From Balanoglossus misakiensis (Eukaryota; Animalia; Hemichordata), in assembly GCA_040954595.2 (NCBI GenBank), contig CM082588.2:11731398-11795397 (forward strand): a stretch of DNA of 64,000 bases, read 5' to 3'. A program made the translations under genes and the position numbers. Numbering within the stretch: position 1 is the first letter of the stretch; each line of letters begins with the position of its first letter. The notes below the pieces were generated by a model, which saw nothing but the letters and a program-made list of their open reading frames with translations, was not told where the DNA came from and did no database searches. Shown here one piece after another: positions 9,687-23,700 of this stretch.

Positions 9687-9884
9687 GCAAACCGAAGAGG
9701 GAAAGTCACAGCCGGTCAACACTCGACATTTGGTCGGGTAGGACTGCATTATTGCCTGTCAATTTATAGAGAAAGCCCGAATTTAACCAGGGCGTTTCAA
9801 ACACCGACGTTAGTTGGGGGCACGGCCTGCAGTACTGCCGGGTAAGCTGACATCGGCGTACCGCATATAATGTAGGGGGGGGGG
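9687..9884. other. Single-copy-per-unit GC-balanced segment with three hairpins and a terminal G-tract (representative copy)
   Basis: Occurs once per unit. Inverted repeats: GAAAGCCC..GGGCGTTTC (9771-9798), CCGAC-GTTA-GTTGG (9804-9817) and TGCAGTACTGCCG..CGGCGTACCGCA (9828-9865), followed by G10 at 9875-9884. Confidence 0.85.
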
Positions 9885-10840
9885 ACAGAACGGTTCATTA
9901 CTACATTTATTAAATATCAGCTAATTTTGGACAATCATCTAAAATCTAAATCATGTTTTCATATTTGGATATCTGATGATGTATGAAATTTCCATTATAT
10001 GTAAAAATGGTGCTGATTATAAAAAATGCACTCTGAATGAGCTGATTTAATACAAAATTGCGTTTTATTCGTTTTTGCACCAAAAAGGTCATTTTTAGGC
10101 AAAACATTCTTTATTTTTTTAATTCGGTGACCGGATCATATATAAACAATTGCTTGTATGTTGAAAATTTTTATGACTTTTAAAAGCAGTGACACTGGCG
10201 GCATTCAACACGAAAATAACAATTTTAGCCACAATTTGGTCAAAATGGTAAATTTTTGAAAATTACAAAAAATACCTGTTTTCTACATTTTCGGAAATCT
10301 GATGGAGTATAGAATGCTCTTCGTATATATATATCGATACCAATTCCACAAAAGACCGTCTAATTTGGCTCACTGCAGACAAAATTGCGTTTTACCAAAT
10401 TTTCCTTGAAAATGTCATTTTTAGAAAAATAAAATAAAAAAACCTTCGTTCTTCGAATTTAGTGCCCTGATCATATATGACATGTTGATTGTATGTTAAA
10501 ACTTTCGACCACTCCAAAAATGCAGAGATATTGACGGAATTCAAGAAAAAATAGCCATTTTGGCCATATTTTGACAAAATGGTACATTTTTAAAAAATCA
10601 TAAAAAATAAAACTCTTTTCTTCATTTTCGGAAATATTATGGAGCATGAAGTGTCGTTCTCTTGTAAAAAGTGCTGCAAATTCCAGAAAATGTGGTATAA
10701 TTTGAATCACCCAAGACAAAATTACCATTTTCGACTTGTTTTCGAAAAATTGTCTTTTTTACAAAATAAATAAGAATAAATTCTTTTCTTAGTTTCAAAC
10801 GGGTAGAGATACTTTCCACACGGGTTTTCTAACATTGAAT
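9885..10840. repeat. AT-rich block of ~2.7 diverged ~330-bp subrepeats (representative copy)
   Basis: Measured in the first unit: CCTGATCATATAT at ~1705 and ~2039; AAAATGGTAAATTTT at ~1817 and ~2151; ACAAAATT(GCG/ACC) at ~1627, ~1952 and ~2289; CATATTTGGATAT or CATTTTCGGAAAT at ~1535, ~1860 and ~2196. Spacings are 325-337 bp. Confidence 0.9.
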
Positions 10841-12439
10841 TCCCGTTCATCAACTCAGATTTCCTACAGCATAAGTCGGCTAAAACCCTGACACTCTAGA
10901 GCAGAAACAGTTGCACACTGATAACGTTGAACAAGTCGATTTTTCTACGGCCTGGCTCGGCTAAATCTCGTCACAATATGACAGACACTAGCGTACGTTA
11001 GCAACGGTGATCAAGTCAGATTTTCAACGGCATGGGTTGGATAAAGCGCCGGCACTCTAGAGCAGAAACACGCGTACAGAGACCACGTTGATCAAGTCTG
11101 ATCTCCTACGGCTTGGCTCGACTAAAACCCCGGCACACTATGACAGACACTAGCGTTCGTTAGCAACGTTGATCAAGTCAGATTTCCTACGGCATGGCTT
11201 TGCTAAAGCCCTGACACTCTAGAGCAGAAACACGCGTACAGAGACCACGTTGATCTACTCACATTTCCATCGGCCTGGCACGGCTGATGCCCCGGCACTA
11301 TATATAGGACACAGACTGGCGTAAGTTAACAACGGTGATTACGTCGGATTTCCTACGGCCTGGTTTAGCTGAAGCCCCGGCACTTTAGAGCGGAAACACG
11401 CGTACATTGACCACGTTGATCAAGTCAGATTTCCTTCGGCGTGACTCGGCTGGTGCACCGGCTCTATATGACACAGACTGGCGTAAGTTATCAACGGTGA
11501 TTACGTCGGATTTCCTACGGCCTGGTTTAGCTGAAGCCCCGGCACTTTAGAGCGGAAACACGCGTACATTGACCACGATGATCAAGTCAGATCTCCTACA
11601 GCCTGGCTCGACTAAAACCCCGGCACACCATGACAGACACTAGCGTTCGTTAGCAACGGTGATCAAGTCGGATTTCCTTCGGCCTGGCTCTGCAAAAGAC
11701 CCGACACTCTAGTACAAAGACGTTGGCTAAGTCGGGCAAACCGAAGAGGGAAAGTCACAGCGGGTCAACACTCGACATTTGGTCGGGTAGGACTGCATTA
11801 TTGCCTGTCAATTTATAGAGAAAGCCCGAATTTAACCAGAGCGTTTCAAACACCGACGTTAGTTGGGGGCACGGCCTGCAGTACTGCCGGGTAAGCTGAC
11901 ATCGGCGTACCGCATATAATGTAAGGGGGGGGGGGGGACAGAACGGTTCAATACTACATTTATTAGATATCAGCTAATTTTGGACAATCATCTAAAATCT
12001 AAATCATTTTTTCATATTTGGATATCTGATGATGTATGAAATTTCCATTATATGTAAAAATGGTGCTTATTATAAAACATGTACTCTGAATGAACTGATT
12101 TAATACAAGATTGCGTTTTATTCGTTTTTGCACCAAAAAGGTCATTTTTAGGCAAAACATTCTTTATATTTTTAATTCGGTGACCTGATCATATATAAAC
12201 AATTGCTTGTATGTTAAAAGTTTTTATGACTTTTAAAAGCAGTGACACTGGCGGCATTCATCACGAAAATAACAATTTTAGCCACAATTTGGTCAAAATG
12301 GTAAATTTTTGAAATTTACAAAAAATACCTGTTTTCTACATTTTCGGAAATCTGATGGAGTGTAGAATGCTCTTCGTATGTATATATCGATACAATTTCC
12401 ACAAAAGACCGTCTAATTTGGCTCACTGCAGACAAAATT

Positions 12440-15400
12440 GCGTTTTACCAAATTTTCCTTGAAAATGTCATTTTTAGAAAAAAAAAAGAAAAAACCTTTG
12501 TTCTTCGAATTTGGTGCCCTGATCATATATGACATGTTGATTGTATGTTAAAACTCTCGACTACTCCAAAAATGCTGAGATATTGACGGAATTCAAGAAA
12601 AATAGCCATTTTGGCCATATTGTGACAAAAATGGTAAATTTTTGAAAAATCATAAAAAATTAACTCTTTTCTTCATTTTCGGAAATATTATGGAGCATGA
12701 AGTGTCGTTCTCTTGTAAAAAGTGCTGCAAATTCCAGAAAAGGCGGTATAATTTGAATCACGCAAGACAAAATTGCAATTTTTCGACTTTTTTTTCGAAA
12801 AATTGTCTTTTTTACAAAATAAATAAGAATACATTCTTTTCTTAGTTTCAAACGGGTAGAGATACTTTCCAAACGGGTTTTCTAACATTGAATTCCCGTT
12901 CATCAACTCAGATTTCCTACAGCATAAGTCGGATAAAACCCTGACACTCTAGAGCAGAAACAGTTGCACACTGGTAACGTTGAACAAGTCGATTTTTCTA
13001 CGGCCTGGCTCGGCTAAATCTCCGTCACAATATGACAGACACTAGCGTACGTTAGCAACGGTGATCAAGTCAGATTTTCTACGGCATGGGTTGGATAAAG
13101 CCCCGGCACTTTAGAGCAGAAACACGCGTACAGAGACCACGTTGATCAAGTCTGATCTCCTACGGCTTGGCTCGACTAAAACCCCGGCACACTATGACAG
13201 ACACTAGCGTTCGTTAGCAACGTTGATCAAGTCAGATTTCCTACGGCATGGCTTGGCTAAAGCCCTGGCACTCTAGAGCAGAAACACGCGTACAGAGACC
13301 ACGTTGATCTTCTCACATTTCCTTCGGCCTGGCACGGCTGATGCCCCGGCACTATATATAGGACACAAACTGGCGTAAGTTAACAACGGTAATCACGTCG
13401 GGTTTCCTACGGCCTGGCTCAGCTGAAGCCCCGGCACTCTAGAGCAGAAACAGGCGTACATTGACCACGTTGATCAAGTCAGATTTCCTACGGCGTGACT
13501 CGGCTGGTGCACCGGCTCTATATGACACAGACTGGCGTAAGTTATCAACGGTGATTACGTCGGATTTCCTACGGCCTGGTTTAGCTGAAGCCCCGGCACT
13601 TTAGAGCGGAAACACGCGTACATTGACCACGATGATCAAGTCAGATCTCCTACGGCCTGGCTCGACTAAAACCCCGGCACACCATGACAGACACTAGCGT
13701 TCGTTAGCAACGGTGATCAAGTCGGATTTCCTTCGGCCTGGCTCTGCAAAAGACCCGACACTCTAGTACAAAGACGTTGGCTAAGTTGGGCAAACCGAAG
13801 AGGGAAAGTCACAGCGGGTCAACACTCGACATTTGTTCCGGTAGGACTGCATTATTGCCTGTCAATTTATAGAGAAAGCCCGAATTTAACCAGGGCGTTT
13901 CAAACACCGACGTTAGTTGGGGGCACGGCCTGCAGTACTGCCGGGTAAGCTGACATCGGCGTACCGCATATAATGTAGGGGGGGGGGGGACAGAACGGTT
14001 CAATACTACATTTATTAGATATCAGCTAATTTTGGACAATCATCTAAAATCTAAATCATTTTTTCATATTTGGATATCTGATGATGTATGAAATTTCCAT
14101 TATATGTAAAAATGGTGCTGATTATAAAAAATGCACTCTGAATGAGCTGATTTAATACAAAATTGCGTTTTATTCGTTTTTGCACCAAAAAGGTCATTTT
14201 TAGGCAAAACATTCTTTATTTTTTTATTCGGTGACCTGATCATATATAAGCAATTGCTTGCATGTTAAAAGTTTTTATGACTTTTAAAAGCAGTGACACT
14301 GGCGGCATTCAACACGAAAATAACAATTTTAGCCACAATTTGGTCAAAATGGTAATTTTTTGAAAATTACAAAAAATACCTGTTTTCTACATTTTCGGAA
14401 ATCTGATGGAGTATAGAATGCTCTTCGTATATATATATCGATACCAATTCCACAAAAGACCGTCTAATTTGGCTCACTGCAGACAAAATTGCGTTTTACC
14501 AAATTTTCCTTGAAAATGTCATTTTTAGAAAAAAAAAGAAAAAACCTTTGTTCTTCGAATTTGGTGCCCTGATCATATATGACATGTTGATTGTATGTTA
14601 AAACTCTCGACTACTCCAAAAATGCTGAGATATTGACGGAATTCAAGAAAAATAGCCATTTTGGCCATATTGTGACAAAAATGGTAAATTTTTGAAAAAT
14701 CATAAAAAATTAACTCTTTTCTTCATTTTCGGAAATATTATGGAGCATGAAGTGTCGTTCTCTTGTAAAAAGTGCTGCAAATTCCAGAAAAGGCGGTATA
14801 ATTTGAATCACGCAAGACAAAATTGCAATTTTTCGACTTTTTTTTCGAAAAATTGTCTTTTTTACAAAATAAATAAGAATACATTCTTTTCTTAGTTTCA
14901 AACGGGTAGAGATACTTTCCAAACGGGTTTTCTAACATTGAATTCCCGTTCATCAACTCAGATTTCCTACAGCATAAGTCGGATAAAACCCTGACACTCT
15001 AGAGCAGAAACAGTTGCACACTGGTAACGTTGAACAAGTCGATTTTTCTACGGCCTGGCTCGGCTAAATCTCCGTCACAATATGACAGACACTAGCGTAC
15101 GTTAGCAACGGTGATCAAGTCAGATTTTCTACGGCATGGGTTGGATAAAGCCCCGGCACTCTAGAGCAGAAACACGCGTACAGAGACCACGTTGATCAAG
15201 TCTGATCTCCTACGGCTTGGCTCGACTAAAACCCCGGCACACTATGACAGACACTAGCGTTCGTTAGCAACGTTGATCAAGTCAGATTTCCTACGGCATG
15301 GCTTGGCTAAAGCCCTGGCACTCTAGAGCAGAAACACGCGTACAGAGACCACGTTGATCTTCTCACATTTCCTTCGGCCTGGCACGGCTGATGCCCCGGC

Positions 15401-16028
15401 ACTATATATAGGACACAAACTGGCGTAAGTTAACAACGGTAATCACGTCGGGTTTCCTACGGCCTGGCTCAGCTGAAGCCCCGGCACTCTAGAGCAGAAA
15501 CAGGCGTACATTGACCACGTTGATCAAGTCAGATTTCCTACGGCGTGACTCGGCTGGTGCACCGGCTCTATATGACACAGACTGGCGTAAGTTATCAACG
15601 GTGATTACGTCGGATTTCCTACGGCCTGGTTTAGCTGAAGCCCCGGCACTTTAGAGCGGAAACACGCGTACATTGACCACGATGATCAAGTCAGATCTCC
15701 TACGGCCTGGCTCGACTAAAACCCCGGCACACCATGACAGACACTAGCGTTCGTTAGCAACGGTGATCAAGTCGGATTTCCTTCGGCCTGGCTCTGCAAA
15801 AGACCCGACACTCTAGTACAAAGACGTTGGCTAAGTTGGGCAAACCGAAGAGGGAAAGTCACAGCGGGTCAACACTCGACATTTGTTCCGGTAGGACTGC
15901 ATTATTGCCTGTCAATTTATAGAGAAAGCCCGAATTTAACCAGGGCGTTTCAAACACCGACGTTAGTTGGGGGCACGGCCTGCAGTACTGCCGGGTAAGC
16001 TGACATCAGCGTACCGCATATAATGTAG
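12440..16028. repeat. Recent near-identical single-unit duplication (offset 2050)
   Basis: Three ORF translations are identical at offset 2050 (12642/14692, 12660/14710, 12688/14738). Shared private variants TCACGCAAGAC and GTCGGATAAAACC. Confidence 0.88.
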
Positions 16029-19000
16029 GGGGGGGGGGGGGGAAACAGAACGGTTCAATACTACATTTATCAGATATCAGCTAATTTTTGACAATCATCT
16101 AAAATGTAAATCATCTTTTCATATTTGGATATCTGATGATGTATGAAATTTCCATTATATGTAAAAATGGTGCTGATTATAAAAATGCACTCTGAATGAG
16201 CTGATTTAATACAAAATTGCGTTTTATTCGTTTTTGCACCAAAAAGGTCATTTTTAGTCAAAACATTCTTTATTTTTTTAATTCGGTGACCTTATCATAT
16301 ATAAACAATTGCTTGTATGTTAAAATTTTTTATGACTTTTAAAAGCAATGACACTGGCGGCATTCAACACGAAAATAACAATTTTAGCCACAATTCGGTC
16401 AAAATGGTAAATTTTTGAAAATTACAAAAAATACCTGTTTTCTACATTTTCGGAAATCTGATGGAGTATAGAATGCTCTTCGTATGTATATATCGATACA
16501 AATTCCACAAAAGACCGTCTAATTTGGCTCACTGCAGACAAAATTGAGTTTTACCAAATTTTCCTTGAAAATGTCATTTTTAGAAAAAAAAATAAAAAAC
16601 CTTTGTTCTTCGAATTTAGTGCCTGATCATATATGACATGTTGATTGTATGTTAAAACTTTCGACCACTCCAAAAATGCTGAGATATTGACGGAATTCAA
16701 GAAAAAATAGCCATTTTGGCCATATTTTGACAAAAATGGTAAATTTTTAAAAAATCATAAAAAATTAACTCTTTTCTTCATTTTCGGAAATATTATAGAG
16801 CATGAAGTGTCGTTCTCTTGTAAAAAGTGCTGCAAATTCCAGAAAAGGCGGCATAATTTGAATCACCCAAGACAAAATTACCATTTTCGACTTTTTTTCG
16901 AAATATTGTTTTTTTTACAAAATAAATAAGAATAAATTCTTTTCTTAGTTCCAAACGGGTAGAGATACTTTCCACACGGATTTCTAACATTGAATTCCCG
17001 TTCATCAACTCAGATTTCCTACAAGTCGGCTAAAACCCTGACACTCTAGAACAGAAACAGTTGCACACTGGTAACGTTGAACAAGTCGATTTTTCTACGG
17101 CCTGGCTCGGCTAAATCTCCGTCACAATATGACAGACACTAGCGTAGGTTAGCAACGGTGATCAAGTCAGATTTTCTACGGCATGGCTTGGATAAAGCCC
17201 CGGCACTCCAGAGCAGAAACACGCGTACAGAGACCACGCTGATCAAGTCTGATCTCCTACGGCTTGGTTCGACTAAAACCCCGGCACACTATGACAGACA
17301 CTAGCGTTCGTTAGCAACGTTGATCAAGTCAGATTTCCTACGGCATGGCTTGGCTAAAGCCCTGGCACGCTAGAGCAGAAACACGCGTACAGAAACCACG
17401 TTGATCTACTCACATTTCCTTCGGCCTGGCACGGCTGATGCCCCGGCAGTATATATAGGACACAGACTTGCGTAAGTTAACAACGGTAATCACGTCGGGT
17501 TTCCTACGGCCTGGCTCAGCTGAAGCCCCGGCACTCTAGAGCAGAAACAGGCGTACATTGACCACGTTGATCAAATCAGATTCCTACGGCGTGACTCCGC
17601 TGGTGCACCGGCTCTATATGACACAGACTGGCGTAAGTTATCAACGGTGATTACGTCGGATTTCCTACGGCCTGGTTCAGCTCAAGCCCCGGCACTTTAG
17701 AGCGGAAACACGCGTACATTGACCACGATGATCAAGTCAGATCTCCTACGGCTTGGCTCGACTAAAACCCCGGCACACTATGACAGACACTAGCGTTCGT
17801 TAGCAACGTTGATCAATTCAGATTTCCTACGGCATGGCTTGGCTAAAGCCCTGGCATTCTAGAGCAGAAACACGCGTACAGAGACCACATTGATCTACTC
17901 ACATTTCCTTAGGCCTGGCACGGCTGATGCCCCGCACTATATATAGGACACAGACTGGCGTAAGTTATCAACGGTGATTACGTCGGATTTCCTACGGCCT
18001 GGTTTAGCTGAAGCCCCGGCACTTTAGAGCGGAAACACGCGTACATTGACCACGATGATCCAGTCAGATCTCCTACGGCCTGGCTCGACTAAAACCCCGG
18101 CACACCATGACAGACACTAGCGTTCGTTAGCAACGGTGATCAAGTCGGATTTCCTTCGGCCTGGCTCTGCAAAACACCCGACACTCTAGTACAAAGACGT
18201 TGGCTAAGTCGGGCAAACCGAAGAGGGAAAGTCACAGCGGGTCAACACTCGACATTTGTTCCGGTAGGACTACATTATTGCCTGTCAATTTATAGAGAAA
18301 GCCCGAATTTAACCAGGGCGTTTCAAACACCGACGTTAGTTGGGGGCACGGCCTGCAGTACTGACGGGTAAGCTGACATCGGCGTACCGCATTTAATGTA
18401 GGGGGGGGGGAACAGAACGGTTCAATACTATATTTATTAGATATCAGCTACTTTTGGACAATCATCTAAAATCTAAATAATTTTTTCATATTTGGATATC
18501 TGATGATGGATGAAATTTCCATTATATGTAAAAATGGTGCTGATTATAAAAAATGCACTCTGAATGAGCTGATTTAATACAAAATTGCGTTTTATTCGTT
18601 TTTGCACCAAAAAGGTCATTTTTAGGGAAACATTCTTTATTCTTTAAATTCGGTGACCTGATCATATATAAACAATTGCTTGTATGTTAAAAGTTTTAAT
18701 GACTTTTAAAAGCAGTGACACTGGCGGCATTCAACACGAAAATAACAATTTTAGCCACAATTCGGTCAAAATGGTAATTTTTTGAAAATTACAAAAAATA
18801 CCTGTTTTCTACATTTTCGGAAATCTGATGGAGTATAGAATGCTCTTCGTATACATATATCGATACAAATTCCACAAAAAACGGCCAATTTGGCTCACTG
18901 CAGACAAAATTGCGTTTTACCAAATTTTCCTTGAAAATGTCATTTTTAGAAAAAAAAATAAGAAAAACCTTTGTTCTTCGAATTTGGTGCCCTGATCATA

Positions 19001-20799
19001 TATGACATGTTGATTGTATGTTAAAACTTTCGACCACTCCAAAAATGCAGAGATATTGACGGAATTCAAGAAAAAATAGCCATTTTGGCCATATTTTGAC
19101 AAAAATGGTAAATTTTTAAAAAATCATAAAAAATTAACTCTTTTCTTCATTTTCGGAAATATTATGGAGCATGCAGTGTCGTTCTCTTGTAAAAAGTGCT
19201 GCAAATTCCAGAAAAGGCGGTATAATTTGAAACACCCAAGACAAAATTACCATTTTCGACTTTTTTTCGAAATATTGTTTTTTTACAAAATAAATAAGAA
19301 TAAATTCTTTTCTTAGTTCCAAACGGGTAGAGATACTTTCCACACGGATTTCTAACATTGAATTCCCGTTCATCAACTCAGATTTCCTACAAGTCGGCTA
19401 AAACCCTGACACTCTAGAACAGAATCAGTTGCACACTGGTAACGTTGAACAAGTCGATTTTTCTACGGCCTGGCTCGGCTAAATCTCCGTCACAATATGA
19501 CAGACACTAGCGTAGGTTAGCAACGGTGATCAAGTCAGATTTTCTACGGCATGGCTTGGATAAAGCCCCGGCACTCCAGAGCAGAAACACGCGTACAGAG
19601 ACCACGCTGATCAAGTCTGATCTCCTACGGCTTGGTTCGACTAAAACCCCGGCACACTATGACAGACACTAGCGTTCGTTAGCAACGTTGATGAAGTCAG
19701 ATTTCCTACGGCATGGCTTGGCTAAAGCCCTGGCACTTTAGAGCAGAAACACGCGTACAGAAACCACGTTGATCTACTCACATTTCCTTCGGCCTGGCAC
19801 GGCTGATGCCCCGGCAGTATATATAGGACACAGACTTGCGTAAGTTAACAACGGTAATCACGTCGGGTTTCCTACGGCCTGGCTCAGCTGAAGCCCCGGC
19901 ACTCTAGAGCAGAAACAGGCGTACATTGACCACGTTGATCAAATCAGATTCCTACGGCGTGACTCGGCTGGTGCACTGGCTCTATATGACACAGACTGGC
20001 GTAAGTTATCAACGGTGATTACGTCGGATTTCCTACGGCCTGGTTTAGCTGAAGCCCCGGCACTTTAGAGCGGAAACACGCGTACATTGACCACGATGAT
20101 CCAGTCAGATCTCCTACGGCCTGGCTCGACTAAAACCCCGGCAAACCATGACAGACACTAGCGTTCGTTAGCAACGGTGATCAAGTCGGATTTCCTTCGG
20201 CCTGGCTCTGCAAAACACCCGACACTCTAGTACAAAGACGTTGGCTAAGTCGGGCAAACCGAAGAGGGAAAGTCACAGCGGGTCAACACTCGACATTTGT
20301 TCCGGTAGGACTACATTATTGCCTGTCAATTTATAGAGAAAGCCCGAATTTAACCAGGGCGTTTCAAACACCGACGTTAGTTGTGGGCACGGCCTGCAGT
20401 ACTGACGGGTAAGCTGACATCGGCGTACCGCATTTAATGTAGGGGGGGGGGGGAACAGAACGGTTCAATACTATATTTATTAGATATCAGCTACTTTTGG
20501 ACAATCATCTAAAATCTAAATCATTTTTTCATATTTGGATATCTGATGATGGATGAAATTTCCATTATATGTAAAAATGGTGCTGATTATAAAAAATGCA
20601 CTCTGAATGAGCTGATTTAATACAAAATTGCGTTTTATTCGTTTTTGCACCAAAAAGGTCATTTTTAGGGAAACATTCTTTATTCTTTAAATTCGGTGAC
20701 CTGATCATATATAAACAATTGCTTGTATGTTAAAAGTTTTAATGACTTTTAAAAGCAGTGACACTGGCGGCATTCAACACGAAAATAACAATTTTAGCC

Positions 20800-23700
20800 A
20801 CAATTCGGTCAAAATGGTAAATTTTTGAAAATTACAAAAAATACCTGTTTTCTACATTTTCGGAAATCTGATGGAGTATAGAATGCTCTTCGTATACATA
20901 TATCGATACAAATTCCACAAAAAACGGCCAATTTGGCTCACTGCAGACAAAATTGCGTTTTACCAAATTTTCCTTGAAAATGTCATTTTTAGAAAAAAGA
21001 ATAAAAAAAACCTTTGTTCTTCGAATTTGGTGCCCTGATCATATATGACATGTTGATTGTATGTTAAAACTTTAGACCACTCCAAAAATGCAGAGATATT
21101 GACGGAATTCAAGAAAAAATAGCCATTTTGGCCATATTTTGACAAAAATGGTAAATTTTTAAAAAATCATAAAAAATTAACTCTTTTCTTCATTTTCGGA
21201 AATATTATGGAGCATGCAGTGTCGTTCTCTTGTAAAAAGTGCTGCAAATTCCAGAAAAGGCGGTATAATTTGAATCACCCATGACAAAATTACCATTTTC
21301 GACTTTTTTTCGAAAAATTGTGATTTTTACAAAATAAATAAGAATAAATTATTTTCTTAGTTTCAAAAGGGTAGAGACACTTTCCACACAATTTTTTTAA
21401 CATTGAATTCCCATTCATCAACTCAGATTTCCTACAGCATAAGTCGGCTAAAACCCTGACACTCTAGAGCAGAAACAGTTGCACAATGGTAACGTTGAAC
21501 AAGTCGATTTTTCTACGGCCTGGCTCGGCTAAATCTCCGTCACAATATGACAGACACTAGCGCACGTTAGCAACGGTGATCAAGTCAGATTTTCTACGGC
21601 ATGGCTGGGATAAAGCCCCGGCACTCTAGAGCAGAAACACGCGTACAGAGACCACGTTGATCAAGTCTGATCTCCTACGGCTTGGCTCGACTAAAACCCC
21701 GGCACACTATGACAGACACTAGCGTTCGTTAGCAACGTTGATCAAGTCAGATTTCCTACGGCATGGCTTGGCTAAAGCCCTGGCACTCTAGAGCAGAAAC
21801 ACGCGTACAGAGACCACGTTGATCTACTCCCATTTCCTTCGGCCTGGCACAGCTGATGCCCCGGCACTATATATAGGACACAGACTGGCGTAAGTTAACA
21901 ACGGTAATCACGTCGGGTTTCCTACGGCCTGGCTCAGCTGAAGCCCCGGCACTCTAGAGCAGAAACAGGCGTACATTGACCACGTTGATCAAGTCAGATG
22001 TCCTACGGCGTGACTCCACTGGTGCACCGGCTCTATATGACACAGACTGGCGTAAGTTATCAACGGTGATTACGTCGGATTTCCTACGGCCTGGTTTAGC
22101 TCAAGCCCCGGCACTTTAGAGCGGAAACACGCTTACATTGACCACGATGATCAAATCAGATCTCCTACGGCTTGGCTCGACTAAAACCCCGGCACACTAT
22201 GACAGACACTAGCGTTCGTTAGCAACGTTGATCAAGTCAGATTTCCTACGGCATGGCTTGGCTAAAGCCCTGGCATTCTAGAGCAGAAACACGCGTACAG
22301 AGACCATATTGATCTACTCACATTTCCTTAGGCCTGGCACGGCTGATGCCCCGCACTATATATAGGACACAGACTGGCGTAAGTTAACAACGGTAATCAC
22401 GTCGGGTTTCCTACGGCCTGGATCAGCTGAAGCCCCGGCACTCTAGAGCAGAAACAGGCGTACATTGACCACGTTGATCAAGTCAGATTTCCTACGGCCT
22501 GGTTCGACTAAAACCCCGGCACACCATGACAGACAATAGCGTTCGTTAGCAACGGTGATCAAGTCGGATTTCCTTCGGCCTGGCTCGGCAAAAGACCCGA
22601 CCCTCTAGTACAAAGACGTTGGCTAAGTCGGGCAAACCGAAGAGGGAAAGTCACAGCGGGTCAACACTCGACATTTGTTCGGGTAGGACTGCATTATTGC
22701 CTGTTAATTTATAGAGAAAGCCCGAATTTAACCAGGGCGCTTCAAACACCGACGTTAGTTGGGGGCACGGCCTGCAGTACTGCCGGGTAAGGTGACATCG
22801 GCGTACCGCATATAATGTAGGGGGGGGGGGGAGAAACAGAACGGTTCAATACTACATTTATCAGATATCAGCTAATTTTGGACAATCATCAAAAATCTAA
22901 ATCATCTTTTCATATTTGGATATCTGATGATGTATGAAATTTCCATTATATGTAAAAATGGTGCTGATTATAAAAATGCACTCTGAATGAGCTGATTTAA
23001 TACAAAATTGCGTTTTATTCGTTTTTGCACCAAAAAGGTCATTTTTAGGCCAAACATTCTTTATTTTTTTAATTCGGTGACCTGATCATATATAAACAAT
23101 TGCTTGTATGTTAAAAGTTTATATGACTTTTAAAAGCAGTGACACTGGCGGCATTCAACACGAAAATAACAATTTTAGCCACAATTTGGTCAAAATGGTA
23201 AATTTTTGAAAATTACAAAAAATACCTGTTTTCTACATTTTTGGAAATCTGATTGAGTATAGAATGCTCTTCGTATGTATATATCGATACAAATTCCACA
23301 AAAGACCGTCTAATTTGGCTCACTGCAGACAAAATTGCGTTTTACCAAATTTTCCTTGAAAATGTCATTTTTAGAAAAAAAAATAAAAAAACCTTTGTTC
23401 TTCAAATGTGGTGCCCTGATCATATATGACATGTTGATTGTATGTTAAAACTTTCGACCACTCCAAAAATGCAGAGATATTGACGGAATTCAAGAAACAA
23501 TAGCCATTTTGGCCATATTTTGACAAAAATGGTAAATTTTTAAAAAATCATAAAAAATTAACTATTTTCTTCATTTTCGGAAATATTATGGAGCATGAAG
23601 TGTCGTTCTCTTGTAAAAAGTGCTGCAAATTCCAGAAAAGGTGGTATAATTTGAATCACCCAAGACAAAATTACCATTTTCGACTTTTTTTCGAAAAATT

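Noticed and set aside
9835-9846. U1 snRNA 5'-end-like CTTACCCGGCAG on the minus strand
   Set aside because: Only ~12 nt match. There is no U1-70K loop (GATCACG), U1A loop (ATTGCAC) or Sm site at the right distance; it is just the complement of the GGTAAG motif.
7915-14105. Hammerhead ribozyme core CTGATGA-TGTAT-GAAA in the AT block (e.g. ~9973-9988, ~14078-14093)
   Set aside because: Stem II cannot pair, and no stem I/III arrangement with an NUH site could be built. The homologous positions in the other 330-bp subrepeats lack the motif, and some units have CTGGTGA (~7924).
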